From a virus (taxonomy: Duplodnaviria > Caudoviricetes): DNA of 40,119 nucleotides. The stretch spans positions 1-40,119 of the IMG/VR virus record IMGVR_UViG_3300027973_000098; one strand, 5' to 3'. Every line of letters starts with the position of its first letter. Positions within the stretch are counted from its first letter, which is position 1. Below, in pieces: positions 1-9,105 of the stretch. The notes under the pieces were generated by a model. The model was not told the origin of the DNA and made no database searches. It saw only the letters and a list, made by a program, of their open reading frames with translations. A program made the translations under genes and the position numbers.

Positions 1-146
1 CGCCTGGGTTGGCAGTTGAGAAAGCACTGTTGATTGCGTTGTTGAAGCCAGTGTTAGGCCCTAGAACTGTTGGAAGAATTCCGTCATAACCAGTTGCATA
101 AGCAGATGTATCTGTAACAGCGCGCGCCGCATTTGCGCCTGTTGTG
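1..146. repeat. Terminal direct repeat, left copy (matches 39974-40119)
   Basis: 146 bp identical to the window end except G20 versus A39993, a synonymous TTC/TTT Phe change on the minus strand; typical of a circular assembly overlap. Confidence 0.95.
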
Positions 147-1225
147 CTGTATGCGGCGTTGTTACCTGTTAGACCTGATGCGTTTGCACCCTGAATGGTA
201 AATGTACCAGTTCCCTTGAGTGTTCCCTGGTATAGCACTGTTCCTGATGCTGTTCCAACATAGATGTTGTAACCAAGAGCGCCTGTTACGGCTGTTGCAA
301 CTGTGATTGTAAGAACATCACCTGATGCAACGGCTGTTGATTGCTGTGCGGTTAGAATTGACTCACCAAAACCGTTTACAGAAATACCTGCATCTGATGT
401 TAGGTTTACATAGTAAGTTGCGGCGGCAAGTGCTGTTTGTCCTGCGCCTGCAACTGGTGAAGCAAGTGTGAATGTAGGAGCGGCAAGTGCGCCTGAGTAA
501 CCTGAAGCAGTACCGCGAGCCATCAGCATCATGCGTTCTTCCATAAGCATTGTTGCGTATAGAGTAGAAGTTGATGACAACTGGCGGAGATCCTGATAAC
601 CCATACCTGAGAAGTTTGCATCAAATGAAACCTGATCAGATAGTGAGTATGAGTTGTAAGGCAGAATTAAATCATCTGCGGTGTAGTTAATCTGTGGGCC
701 ACGGATTAACTCAAATGGTGTCGCACTATTAGGAGCAAAGTTGTTCTGAGTACTTTCTGTGATACCAGGCCAAATCTGTCCTTGTCCGCCTGTACCTGTA
801 CCTGTGTAACCAAGAATACGCTTTACACGGTGTGAAGTACCAACGCCCTTTTTACGGGGAATACGGTTACGGAGTGGAGTCGGGCGTGGTGTAAGCAACT
901 TAGAAGGTGCTTCCAAGTCAAATGCCGCAAAAGATGTACTAAGCGGTGTTGTAAGTGTGATTTCTTTTTGAATGTCCTGCATTGCAACGCGTTGTGCGGC
1001 AAGTGCGTTATTCAAACCAGCCGCGGCATCAGATGAAAGAGACTTGCTAAGTGCAAGTGCTTCCATTGCCTGTAGTGGATCGGGTGTTGGTGCTTGTCCT
1101 GGAACATGAGAAGCATTTGAAAGGCTCTTGTTAAGTTCACTAGAGAATTCTTCAAAGCGTTCTGCGGCTTCCTTTGGAGTTGCATCACTAAAAAGGTCTG
1201 CGACCTTTGGAGCATGTAGCGCCAT
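1..1225 (-). CDS. Major capsid protein, 5' part (continues across the junction to 39519; about 559 aa in total)
   Basis: Not in the ORF track. ATG at 1225 preceded by GAAAGGA; manual translation MALHAPKVADLF...FAAFDLEAPSKLLTPRPTPLRNRIPRKKGVG... stays open to base 1 and is in frame with 39519..39947; follows the protease/scaffold gene. Confidence 0.88.
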   Translation of the reverse strand, partial: MALHAPKVADLFSDATPKEAAERFEEFSSELNKSLSNASHVPGQAPTPDPLQAMEALALSKSLSSDAAAGLNNALAAQRVAMQDIQKEITLTTPLSTSFAAFDLEAPSKLLTPRPTPLRNRIPRKKGVGTSHRVKRILGYTGTGTGGQGQIWPGITESTQNNFAPNSATPFELIRGPQINYTADDLILPYNSYSLSDQVSFDANFSGMGYQDLRQLSSTSTLYATMLMEERMMLMARGTASGYSGALAAPTFTLASPVAGAGQTALAAATYYVNLTSDAGISVNGFGESILTAQQSTAVASGDVLTITVATAVTGALGYNIYVGTASGTVLYQGTLKGTGTFTIQGANASGLTGNNAAYSTTGANAARAVTDTSAYATGYDGILPTVLGPNTGFNNAINSAFSTANPG

Positions 1226-1259
1226 TGTTATCCTTTCAGAGATAAGTTGTTTGGGTTAG

Positions 1260-3326
1260 TTACTTATTAAGGGTTTCGTCATACTTAGCAAGAAATTCAT
1301 CTGCCAATTGCTTGTATCCCTTAGCAAGTGTTGGGTCAGTTGTTGCTTGTGCTTTCGCTTTGTAAACGGCGGCCTTAGTGAGTAAGTCATTTGTTGCTTT
1401 CACATCAATTGGGCTTACTGTTCGCTTTGGGCCTCCACCTACAGCCAAAGATTTAGCGGTTGCCAACTCAGTTTCCAAACTCATTGCTTTAACCTCAGCC
1501 GCCTCTTTTGCGGACACAAGGTTTGCAATCTCTGATTTGAGAGCCTTTGTTGCTTTTTCCACCACTTCTTCTACTATGGCTTCTAATTTTTCTTCTGATT
1601 TTTCTTCAGTAGAAACTTCTTCTGTTGCTTCTTCTGTTGCTTCTTCAGTAGGTACTTCTTCGCCTTCTACTGATTTAGTACCTAACTGGGCGGCAATAAT
1701 TGCCTGTGAGTCAGTAACAACTGCGTTGAATGGAACACCTGCGGTTTCACCTGCGTTAATCATTGTTGCTGTTGTTACATGAGAAGGCTTTGATACATTT
1801 GCAAAATCATTTGTTGTAGTCATGCCATGATTTGAACCTGGCTGTGTGCAACCACATTCTAAACACTTAGCAATTTCAGATGATTTGTATGATCCTTCTT
1901 TCATGTCATCATCTTCATGTGCTTCCGCTTCTTTCATCTTCTTCTTCATAGCGGCTTCTTTCATAGCGGCTGTGCATTTGCAACCCATCTTGTCGCATGC
2001 AGGGCAAACATCTTCTTTTGCCGCCATTTCAATTTCTGTTTCTTCCATTACTTCTCCTTCTGCTTCTTCGCCCTCATACCAAGCATGGAGATGAGCAACG
2101 GCTTCTAGTAGGTGTGAAATTGAGCGGATTTCGTTATGGCCCTCTTTCATTTCTTGCGCTTCAATAGAAATGAGATTTGCTAACGCTTCACGGGCGCGCT
2201 CATACTCACCTTTATCAAACTTGAAAAGTTCACCCAAAATAGACTCAGGTACGGCAATAGTTTCTGTTCCCACTGGGTTCTCCTTTATTAAATTACCGTC
2301 AGATTGTAAACCTTTTTTCTTACTCTCTGCCTTGTATTTGCCGCCACGCTTTTTGTATTCGCGGACAACCCAGGCATTTGCATAGGCAGATGGGTACACA
2401 TCAAATTTTGCTTTAGCCGCCCTGATGACCTCTGCGTATAATTCTTTGTCGGCAGGCTCGCCCTTGCGCGGTTTAATTACTTGAGTGAAATTTTCTTCAC
2501 CCTCTTTTTTCTCAATCCATTCTTCTACCTGAACCAAGTCCTTCTCACCATCAACAGACTTAGCCAAAACTAATTGGCAATTGGGGTTGGCAGGACGATC
2601 CACTAGCGACACTTCCACAATCTGCCCATCAACAATGCGGCCATTTGCGGCTTTGCTATCGCGTACAACGCGTGGGTTCTTGATACCTACTGAAAAGCCC
2701 TTGAGTACGCCAGCATCTACCTTCTTAACTGAAACAGGATCTACAACCAACACGCCAATGTAATGCCCATCAGCCTTTGCCTCATACTCTTTAGCAACAC
2801 CTGCGGCAATGTTGCTGTGTTGCTCTCTAATGTTTCCACCTGACTTGAACCAGGCGGGCATGGCGCGCTTTAACCAATCGCCATCACAAATCTGTTGATC
2901 AATGTCAATTGAGTCATCAGTGGCCTTTCCGTAAACGGTCATTGTGCCGTCAGGGTTGCGGTCAGCCTTCTCAATACTAAAGTATGAGGTGGTTGTTAGA
3001 TTGCTTGCCATTGATTTCTCCTTGTTTTCCTGTTCACTGGTAATTCTTTTAGCCCATGCTCTGCCAGCGTCTCCGCCCCAAAGCAACCAAGCAATGTAAC
3101 CTGCACTATCTACGCCCCAACCTTCGCCTTTTTTATCAACTTCATGGCGGGCAAAGTAAGAGTTCATTCTTTTTAATGTGTCTAATGATAATGCTTTTCC
3201 GTTTGATAAGTCGCGGGCGCGGGCAACGCCAACCTCTGTTCCGCCACGGCCATGTTTAGCCCGCAGTTCTAATCCACGCTTAGCGTTATTGCGCACCTCT
3301 TGCGGTGGAACAAACCCGTCAGCCAT
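1260..3326 (-). CDS. Prohead protease-scaffold fusion with extra small domains
   Basis: HK97-type protease motifs (NIREQH, LKGFSVG, IVEVSLVDRPANP); acidic and coiled-coil C-terminal half; lies between MuF and capsid. Confidence 0.85.
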   Translation of the reverse strand: MADGFVPPQEVRNNAKRGLELRAKHGRGGTEVGVARARDLSNGKALSLDTLKRMNSYFARHEVDKKGEGWGVDSAGYIAWLLWGGDAGRAWAKRITSEQENKEKSMASNLTTTSYFSIEKADRNPDGTMTVYGKATDDSIDIDQQICDGDWLKRAMPAWFKSGGNIREQHSNIAAGVAKEYEAKADGHYIGVLVVDPVSVKKVDAGVLKGFSVGIKNPRVVRDSKAANGRIVDGQIVEVSLVDRPANPNCQLVLAKSVDGEKDLVQVEEWIEKKEGEENFTQVIKPRKGEPADKELYAEVIRAAKAKFDVYPSAYANAWVVREYKKRGGKYKAESKKKGLQSDGNLIKENPVGTETIAVPESILGELFKFDKGEYERAREALANLISIEAQEMKEGHNEIRSISHLLEAVAHLHAWYEGEEAEGEVMEETEIEMAAKEDVCPACDKMGCKCTAAMKEAAMKKKMKEAEAHEDDDMKEGSYKSSEIAKCLECGCTQPGSNHGMTTTNDFANVSKPSHVTTATMINAGETAGVPFNAVVTDSQAIIAAQLGTKSVEGEEVPTEEATEEATEEVSTEEKSEEKLEAIVEEVVEKATKALKSEIANLVSAKEAAEVKAMSLETELATAKSLAVGGGPKRTVSPIDVKATNDLLTKAAVYKAKAQATTDPTLAKGYKQLADEFLAKYDETLNK

Positions 3327-3328
3327 TG

Positions 3329-3481
3329 TTATCCCTTCAAAGCCTTATCACTAACTGTATCAACTTTGCTTACAGGAGTAGGGATTGTTTGCCCTTGCGT
3401 TGGCTCATAAATTACACTTTCATCTTTTTTAATTACAATAATGCCTTCAGGATTAGTGATTATGAAGTTTTTTATGCTCAT
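3329..3481 (-). CDS. 50-aa hypothetical protein coupled to MuF-ART (candidate immunity protein)
   Basis: ATGA overlap with the MuF stop; MSIKNFIITNPEGIIVIKKDESVIYEPTQG...KALKG*; fills the gap to the protease start. Confidence 0.55.
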   Translation of the reverse strand: MSIKNFIITNPEGIIVIKKDESVIYEPTQGQTIPTPVSKVDTVSDKALKG

Positions 3482-4959
3482 TGTTTTACCCTTACTTTCA
3501 TTGTTCTGTTTGTTGGGTTTGTTTCTATTACTTCAAAATTAGTATTTCTAGGCAGTAGCCATTCACTTTCTTTATTTTCATAACCGTTTTTTCCTAATAA
3601 CCCATCAAGCATGACTCCTTTAGTGCCTTGAGGATTTTCAATTTCTATTAACCAACCGTTTTTGAATTTTTTAACAAAATTTCCATCAAGACTTGTTGAT
3701 GAATAACCTTTATCAATCCACACATCACCTGGGATTAAACCATCAAACAATTCATCTATTTGAGTTGCAAGATTTCCTTGCCCAATCAGTCTGTATGTAA
3801 CTATTGGTTCAGGTAAACCTGGTGCGTTGTTCATTATCTTGTCTATAACCGCAACATTTTGTTTTACATAATTTACTTCAAGTGGGGATACTTGCCCTGT
3901 TCGTAAGTATTCATTAACTTTGCCGTAACCGTATGATTTGTAATCTCTTAATGCGTAGAAGCCTTCTGTTTGGCCACGCGTACCAGGTTTTTCATAAGCC
4001 AACTCCATAAACTTTTTATTTTCTAATTGGTATTTAATAAATTGATTGCGTTGTTGTCCTTGCTCAGTAAACACACGGTATCCATCAGAAACAGACTCAG
4101 TAGGCAATTCAACAATAGGCGCGCCGTCAGGCATAGGCGCTAAACCGCCATCAATGCCCATTGGGTCATCATCTTCCATGCCAGGAATTACAGGTAACAA
4201 AACACAACGGCAATGTGGGTGAGCAGGAGGTTGTTGATCTCCTGATGCAAATGATTGCCCAATCTGAATTACTTGCCCATCATTTTTTGCGCAAATGTCA
4301 CAAGGATCAGATACAGCCCATTCCATTTTTGCTAGGCCAGCCTCTTTGTAACGCTGAATAGATCCAAAAGACATAGCGCGGTTTTGCTCAGTGATGGCAA
4401 TAGTCAGGGCGCGGCTAGGACTAGCCACATGCCGCCCAATCATTACAGCGGCGCTCTCAGCATCTAAACCAGCGGCAATTGAGTCAGATAAAGCAGTGCC
4501 TAAATTTATTACAGTTTCTTTATTAAACTTTTTGAAATAACTAGCCCCACCTGTTGATCGCAAGTAAGCGCTAAACCCTTCAGTTGGATTAAGAAGCAAC
4601 GCTGTTGCTTGATCTCCTGGTTTCCATTTATCCCAATTAACGGAAATGTCATCAGCCTTTTTTGCCTCACGCGTTTTGCGTATCCATTCATCAGCGGCGG
4701 CTTGCCCTAAAACATAGGCTTCTGCCCATGCGCGCGTGACTGTTTGGCGCAATGGTTCATCATTAAGATAAACATTGAGTATTAACCATGAGCGGGCGCG
4801 GGTACGATCTTGCGCAACATTGTCGGTAGGTTGCGGCTGAGTTTCCTGATAACCATTAAAAACTCTTTTGAAATCTGCTACCTGACGCAGTGCCGCTCTA
4901 ATTTTCACTGCGTTCTTTGCCGCTATGCGCCCGTCTGCCTCAAGAGCGCCCTTAATCAT
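3478..4959 (-). CDS. MuF/SPP1 gp7-like head morphogenesis protein with C-terminal VIP2-type ADP-ribosyltransferase domain
   Basis: MuF motifs (RALTIAITEQNRA, CDIC, PPAHPHCRC) followed by ART motifs (Y..VNEYLR, VTYR, GYSSTS, ESEWLLPRN); directly after portal. Confidence 0.88.
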   Translation of the reverse strand: MIKGALEADGRIAAKNAVKIRAALRQVADFKRVFNGYQETQPQPTDNVAQDRTRARSWLILNVYLNDEPLRQTVTRAWAEAYVLGQAAADEWIRKTREAKKADDISVNWDKWKPGDQATALLLNPTEGFSAYLRSTGGASYFKKFNKETVINLGTALSDSIAAGLDAESAAVMIGRHVASPSRALTIAITEQNRAMSFGSIQRYKEAGLAKMEWAVSDPCDICAKNDGQVIQIGQSFASGDQQPPAHPHCRCVLLPVIPGMEDDDPMGIDGGLAPMPDGAPIVELPTESVSDGYRVFTEQGQQRNQFIKYQLENKKFMELAYEKPGTRGQTEGFYALRDYKSYGYGKVNEYLRTGQVSPLEVNYVKQNVAVIDKIMNNAPGLPEPIVTYRLIGQGNLATQIDELFDGLIPGDVWIDKGYSSTSLDGNFVKKFKNGWLIEIENPQGTKGVMLDGLLGKNGYENKESEWLLPRNTNFEVIETNPTNRTMKVRVKQ

Positions 4960-6806
4960 GTTAGATAAGCCTTAGCCAGCGCTCGCGCAGTATCTAAATC
5001 ACCATCAAATGCGCAACGATTTAGAGCATCTCCCACAATTGGATCTAATGATTTGAATTCAAAGAGTCTTGCGCGCTTGCCTTTAGCCGCCCATTTCATG
5101 AACGCCTTTACCTCTGTTACTTCATCTTCTTCAGGTTTAACCTCTGTTGCAGGTTTTTCCTCAAGCGTGTCAGGAGTTACAGGCGCATCAGGTGTTGCAT
5201 CAGGGCCGCTCAGTGTTGGAGCAACAGAAGCAGTTGAAGCATCAATCATTCCGTCAGGTGAGAACAAGTAAACAGATGAACCGCTTACAAGAATTGGCAT
5301 GTCTGCTTGTGGTGTATCAAGCAATGGCAAACCTAATTCAGAACGGCGCTCATTAACTGACTTACCCGCAGATGTAACTTCAATTTGGTTCTTGCGGGCA
5401 TTTTCTTCTGTGTCTCTGCGCTCTGATGTAAGCAACTTAAATTCAAGTTCACGCGGCATACCTAAGTATGTGTATGAAAGATTTGTGATCTGCTTTGCAA
5501 TCCAGTTAGCAAGCGGGCCAATGCCAATTGCTTCTGCGTTCTCTGCTTGTCCTTCTGAGAAACCAGCCCCGCCTAATCCGCCCTTTGGTGAGAAACCAAT
5601 TTCCGCAGGCTGTACACCAAAGTGTCCGCAGATAGAAGTAATTAAATAATCATCAAGTGTATCTTTGAACTTCTCACCATAACCATCATTAACAATAGGC
5701 GCTAGACCTTTTGGCAATAAACGGGCGCGCTTGCGCTGTTGTGTCTGTCCTGCCAAATCATCATTAAGAATACGCTCATAAGCAAGCAAGAGATCAGGGT
5801 TAGTTCCCCAATCTTCATCAGTTGTAAACATCAGTTCAGGCAATACGCCATCTGTGTACTCTGCTCTGATCCACTGTTGGCGGCGCAGGTAAATGTCAGC
5901 CAGTGGTAGCGCTCGCTCTACTGGGCTAAATCCGTAAACAGTTGTTGATCTACGGTTCTTAACCATGTAAGCCAATTGATCAGAAGTAAATTCACCATCT
6001 GCTTTTGGATCTTCTTCTGTTGCAGAAAATTCTGAGCGTGGGAAACCGTAAAGGATTTGTTGGAACGCCGCGTTAGGTGGCAATGGACGCATACCGCGGT
6101 CATCAATCAATGGCTTAATTGTTGAACCATCAAGAATTTGGAAACCGTAAAGATCTCCACCCACTGTTGGCTGTGGGTAAATAGCCCACGCATCAATTAC
6201 AAGAATGTCCTCAACAGCAATGTTAATCCAGTCCTGCCATGTGTATCCGTTTGCCTTATCAGGGTTTTCCCAAAACTCGCGCATGCGGTTAATTTCATCT
6301 GTGTACTTTTCGCGAGCCTTAGCCATAGCGCGCACATGATCGCCACCTGACTCAGCCGCAATCTTTTCTGATGCGTCATTGCCTAGAACAATGTCAAAAT
6401 CAAGTCCGTTAATTTTAGATTTAATTACTTCAATGCAACGGCGCAAAATGTCAATGCTATCTCCTGCATCACGCAATGTTTGAAACGGTACAAGCCGCGT
6501 TGGAACAATGTTGATGTTCTGCGCAACCTGGTATTCATAACGGCGCGGTTCAGGCCGTCCAGTTACGGGATTGATTGGGTTGATTGCACCAGGAATAATT
6601 GGATTGCCTGGGCCAAATGGAACTGTCGCGCTAAATGGTGCGCGTGGAAGTGCGACATTGTTGCCGTATGTTTGTTGCATAGCAAGGCCGCCTGCTTGGT
6701 TAAGCATGTCATTTTCAGTCATGGTTACAGAACCCGCGGGCAATCTAGGGCCTTTTTCAATGTTGCTTGTTGCTATTGCTCTTGCGATACGGTCACGCAG
6801 ACCCAT
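4956..6806 (-). CDS. Portal protein
   Basis: 616 aa; HK97-like portal features (FQILDGSTIKP, YGFSPVE, ICGHFGVQPAEIG, SVNERRSELGLP); upstream of MuF and protease. Confidence 0.9.
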   Translation of the reverse strand: MGLRDRIARAIATSNIEKGPRLPAGSVTMTENDMLNQAGGLAMQQTYGNNVALPRAPFSATVPFGPGNPIIPGAINPINPVTGRPEPRRYEYQVAQNINIVPTRLVPFQTLRDAGDSIDILRRCIEVIKSKINGLDFDIVLGNDASEKIAAESGGDHVRAMAKAREKYTDEINRMREFWENPDKANGYTWQDWINIAVEDILVIDAWAIYPQPTVGGDLYGFQILDGSTIKPLIDDRGMRPLPPNAAFQQILYGFPRSEFSATEEDPKADGEFTSDQLAYMVKNRRSTTVYGFSPVERALPLADIYLRRQQWIRAEYTDGVLPELMFTTDEDWGTNPDLLLAYERILNDDLAGQTQQRKRARLLPKGLAPIVNDGYGEKFKDTLDDYLITSICGHFGVQPAEIGFSPKGGLGGAGFSEGQAENAEAIGIGPLANWIAKQITNLSYTYLGMPRELEFKLLTSERRDTEENARKNQIEVTSAGKSVNERRSELGLPLLDTPQADMPILVSGSSVYLFSPDGMIDASTASVAPTLSGPDATPDAPVTPDTLEEKPATEVKPEEDEVTEVKAFMKWAAKGKRARLFEFKSLDPIVGDALNRCAFDGDLDTARALAKAYLT

Positions 6807-6889
6807 GCGTATCTCCCTTGTTATGCCTCTTGTAAATCAGGCGTGTTGTAATGATAGCGATTTTTGCAACTTCATGTATTGTAAGGTTT

Positions 6890-7891
6890 ATGAACTTAGT
6901 AGAGAAGGCAGTTCACCACGGTGGCAAACTTGCGCCCCTAGTAATTCCTCATGGATTAACTAGCGGTACAGGGCTGATGAACCCATCAATCTTTATTGAT
7001 GATAAAGGCAACATTCTTGTGAACTTACGCCATGTTAATTACACGCTGTACCACGCAGAAAATGAGCAGAAATTTCCTAGCCGTTTTGGGCCACTGTCGT
7101 ACCTGCACCCTGAAAAGGATCGCCGCCTTGTAACGGTTAATTACCTATGCCGCCTCAATGATGATCTTGAGATGACTGACCACGCCAAAGTAGATACATC
7201 TGAATTAGATGTTGAACCTATTTGGGAGTTTGTCGGTGAAGAAGATTGCCGCGTTGTGCAGTGGTTAGATGATTACTACCTGGTGGGAGTGCGTAGAGAC
7301 ACAACCACCAATGGCGTAGGCCGCATGGAGTACAGCCGCATTGAGATTGACTGGGATAACTGGGCAGTCAAAGAAGTCAGGCGTGTGCGCATCAATGCCC
7401 CTGCTCCTAATGAGTCTTATTGTGAAAAGAATTGGATACCTGTCTTAGATAAGCCGTATCACTTCATCAAATGGACAATGCCAACAGAATTAGTTTATGC
7501 CAACCCAATTAGCGGGGAGTGTGAACAGGTATTTGTTAAGCCAACAGCCGTACCACCTAGAGATCAGCGTGGATCTAGCCAGGTCATACGGTGGGGCAGT
7601 ATGTACATCTCAATTACCCATGAAGTAGATCTGTTTAAGAATTACTTAAAGCAGAAAGATGCAATTTACCGTCACCGTTTAGTTGTATGGGATCAAGAAC
7701 TTAATGTTGTAGGGCTAAGCAAAGAATTCTCATTCTTAGACGCTCGCATTGAGTTCTGTGTAGGGGCCGCGGTTCACAAAAGTAACCTTTTGGTGTCTTT
7801 TGGTTTCCAGGATAATGCCGCATTTGTCTTGCAAGTACCTGGTGCAGTAGTGGAAGATCTAATTATGGAGGCACTGGCGTATGAGAATTGA
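6890..7891 (+). CDS. Five-bladed beta-propeller, GH130/GH43-like glycoside hydrolase or phosphorylase
   Basis: Motifs MNPSI, GEEDCRVV (EDPR-like), CEKNW, IEFCVG, SFGFQD. ATG 6890 preferred over the track start at 6851; no SD, TATTGT 7 nt upstream suggests a leaderless mRNA. Confidence 0.65.
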   Translation: MNLVEKAVHHGGKLAPLVIPHGLTSGTGLMNPSIFIDDKGNILVNLRHVNYTLYHAENEQKFPSRFGPLSYLHPEKDRRLVTVNYLCRLNDDLEMTDHAKVDTSELDVEPIWEFVGEEDCRVVQWLDDYYLVGVRRDTTTNGVGRMEYSRIEIDWDNWAVKEVRRVRINAPAPNESYCEKNWIPVLDKPYHFIKWTMPTELVYANPISGECEQVFVKPTAVPPRDQRGSSQVIRWGSMYISITHEVDLFKNYLKQKDAIYRHRLVVWDQELNVVGLSKEFSFLDARIEFCVGAAVHKSNLLVSFGFQDNAAFVLQVPGAVVEDLIMEALAYEN

Positions 7892-8444
7892 GCAATTAGT
7901 TGTAGAACTATCTAAAGATCCATTCAATCCAGCGCTTAATTTTGATGTGGCAGTGGAGTATGAGAAGCAAAATCAAACAGCATCAGCGGTATCTTTCTAT
8001 TTGCGCACCGCTGAATACGGCCATGAAACTCACCCCGCCCTGGTTTATGCGTCACTACTCAAAGCCGCGCATTGTTTTGATGACCAAAATGACCGTCAGG
8101 CAACTGTAAGCAATTGTTTATTGCAGGCTGTGGCGTATTTACCATACCGTCCTGAAGGTTATTTTTTACTTGCGCAGTTCCATGAACGCTTAGGCCAATG
8201 GCAAGAGTGTTACACCTGGGCTTGCATAGGATTACACAATCAACTTAACTCACATCTTCCTGTACATGTTGGCTATGAAGGTCAGTATGTATTGCTGTTT
8301 GAAAAGGCAGTAGCCGCTTGGTGGATAGGCCGTAAAGATGAAAGCCTTGAATTGCTACACAAATTAGACGGCATGAAACTTACCCATGATTATGAAGTTG
8401 CAGTTAAAAGTAATCTAGGAAGGCTCACACATGTTGCTCTTTGA
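7881..8444 (+). CDS. TPR-repeat protein
   Basis: Helical repeats such as LLQAVAYLPYRPEGYFLLAQFHERLGQWQECY; overlaps both neighbours. Confidence 0.7.
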   Translation: MRIEQLVVELSKDPFNPALNFDVAVEYEKQNQTASAVSFYLRTAEYGHETHPALVYASLLKAAHCFDDQNDRQATVSNCLLQAVAYLPYRPEGYFLLAQFHERLGQWQECYTWACIGLHNQLNSHLPVHVGYEGQYVLLFEKAVAAWWIGRKDESLELLHKLDGMKLTHDYEVAVKSNLGRLTHVAL

Positions 8445-9105
8445 TGTTGGCGCTAATCGCGGTGATGCAGTGATGGCAGGGTTGGCTCAGGGATACCGCG
8501 TAATAGCCTTAGAAGCCGCACCACGGGTTTACGGGCAGTTGGTTAAGAACTTTATTTACAACCCTGATGTTGTGCCTCTTAGAATGGCTGTAAGTGACAA
8601 AGATGGCGAGCGCTTAAAGTTTTATGAAGCAGATGAAGATGGATTGAGTACGCTCAATAAAGAATGGCTAACCGCAGATAACATGCCATACGCAGGAAAG
8701 CCTCACCGTGAAGTAGAAGTAAACACAATTACAATTGATGCGCTCGCAGATAAGTATGGCAATCCTGATCTAATCAAGATTGATGTAGAAGGTGCTGAGT
8801 GGCAAGTGATGAAAGGTATGACCCGCCATTATGGAGGAACGCTTTGTTTTGAGTGGACATTTGAAACTATGCACCAACATGAGGATCAATTAGATTATTT
8901 GTTTACCCTGGGTTACAGAGAGATGGCCGCGCAATACATTGTGAACCATTTAGAAGAACCGCAAGAATGGGGAAACATGCAAGTCAATAATGTAGATGAA
9001 CTACTAGCCTGGCATCAACTTACATCTGATGCGTGGATAGATGGTGGTTGGAAAATTGCCAATCTACGACCTACCGCAGATGTAGGTATGTTGTGGGTTC
9101 GTTAA
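8431..9105 (+). CDS. FkbM-family SAM-dependent methyltransferase
   Basis: FDVGANRG motif I, VIALEA, and [12 protein letters not shown] signature. Confidence 0.9.
   Translation: MLLFDVGANRGDAVMAGLAQGYRVIALEAAPRVYGQLVKNFIYNPDVVPLRMAVSDKDGERLKFYEADEDGLSTLNKEWLTADNMPYAGKPHREVEVNTITIDALADKYGNPDLIKIDVEGAEWQVMKGMTRHYGGTLCFEWTFETMHQHEDQLDYLFTLGYREMAAQYIVNHLEEPQEWGNMQVNNVDELLAWHQLTSDAWIDGGWKIANLRPTADVGMLWVR

Noticed and set aside
1012-1215. 67-aa track ORF, and likewise 39460..39666
   Set aside because: Out-of-frame shadows of the major capsid gene.
6838-6848. GGCGTG-containing motif shared with 23357-23363 as a regulator site
   Set aside because: Only two imperfect short copies noticed; not distinguishable from chance without comparative data.
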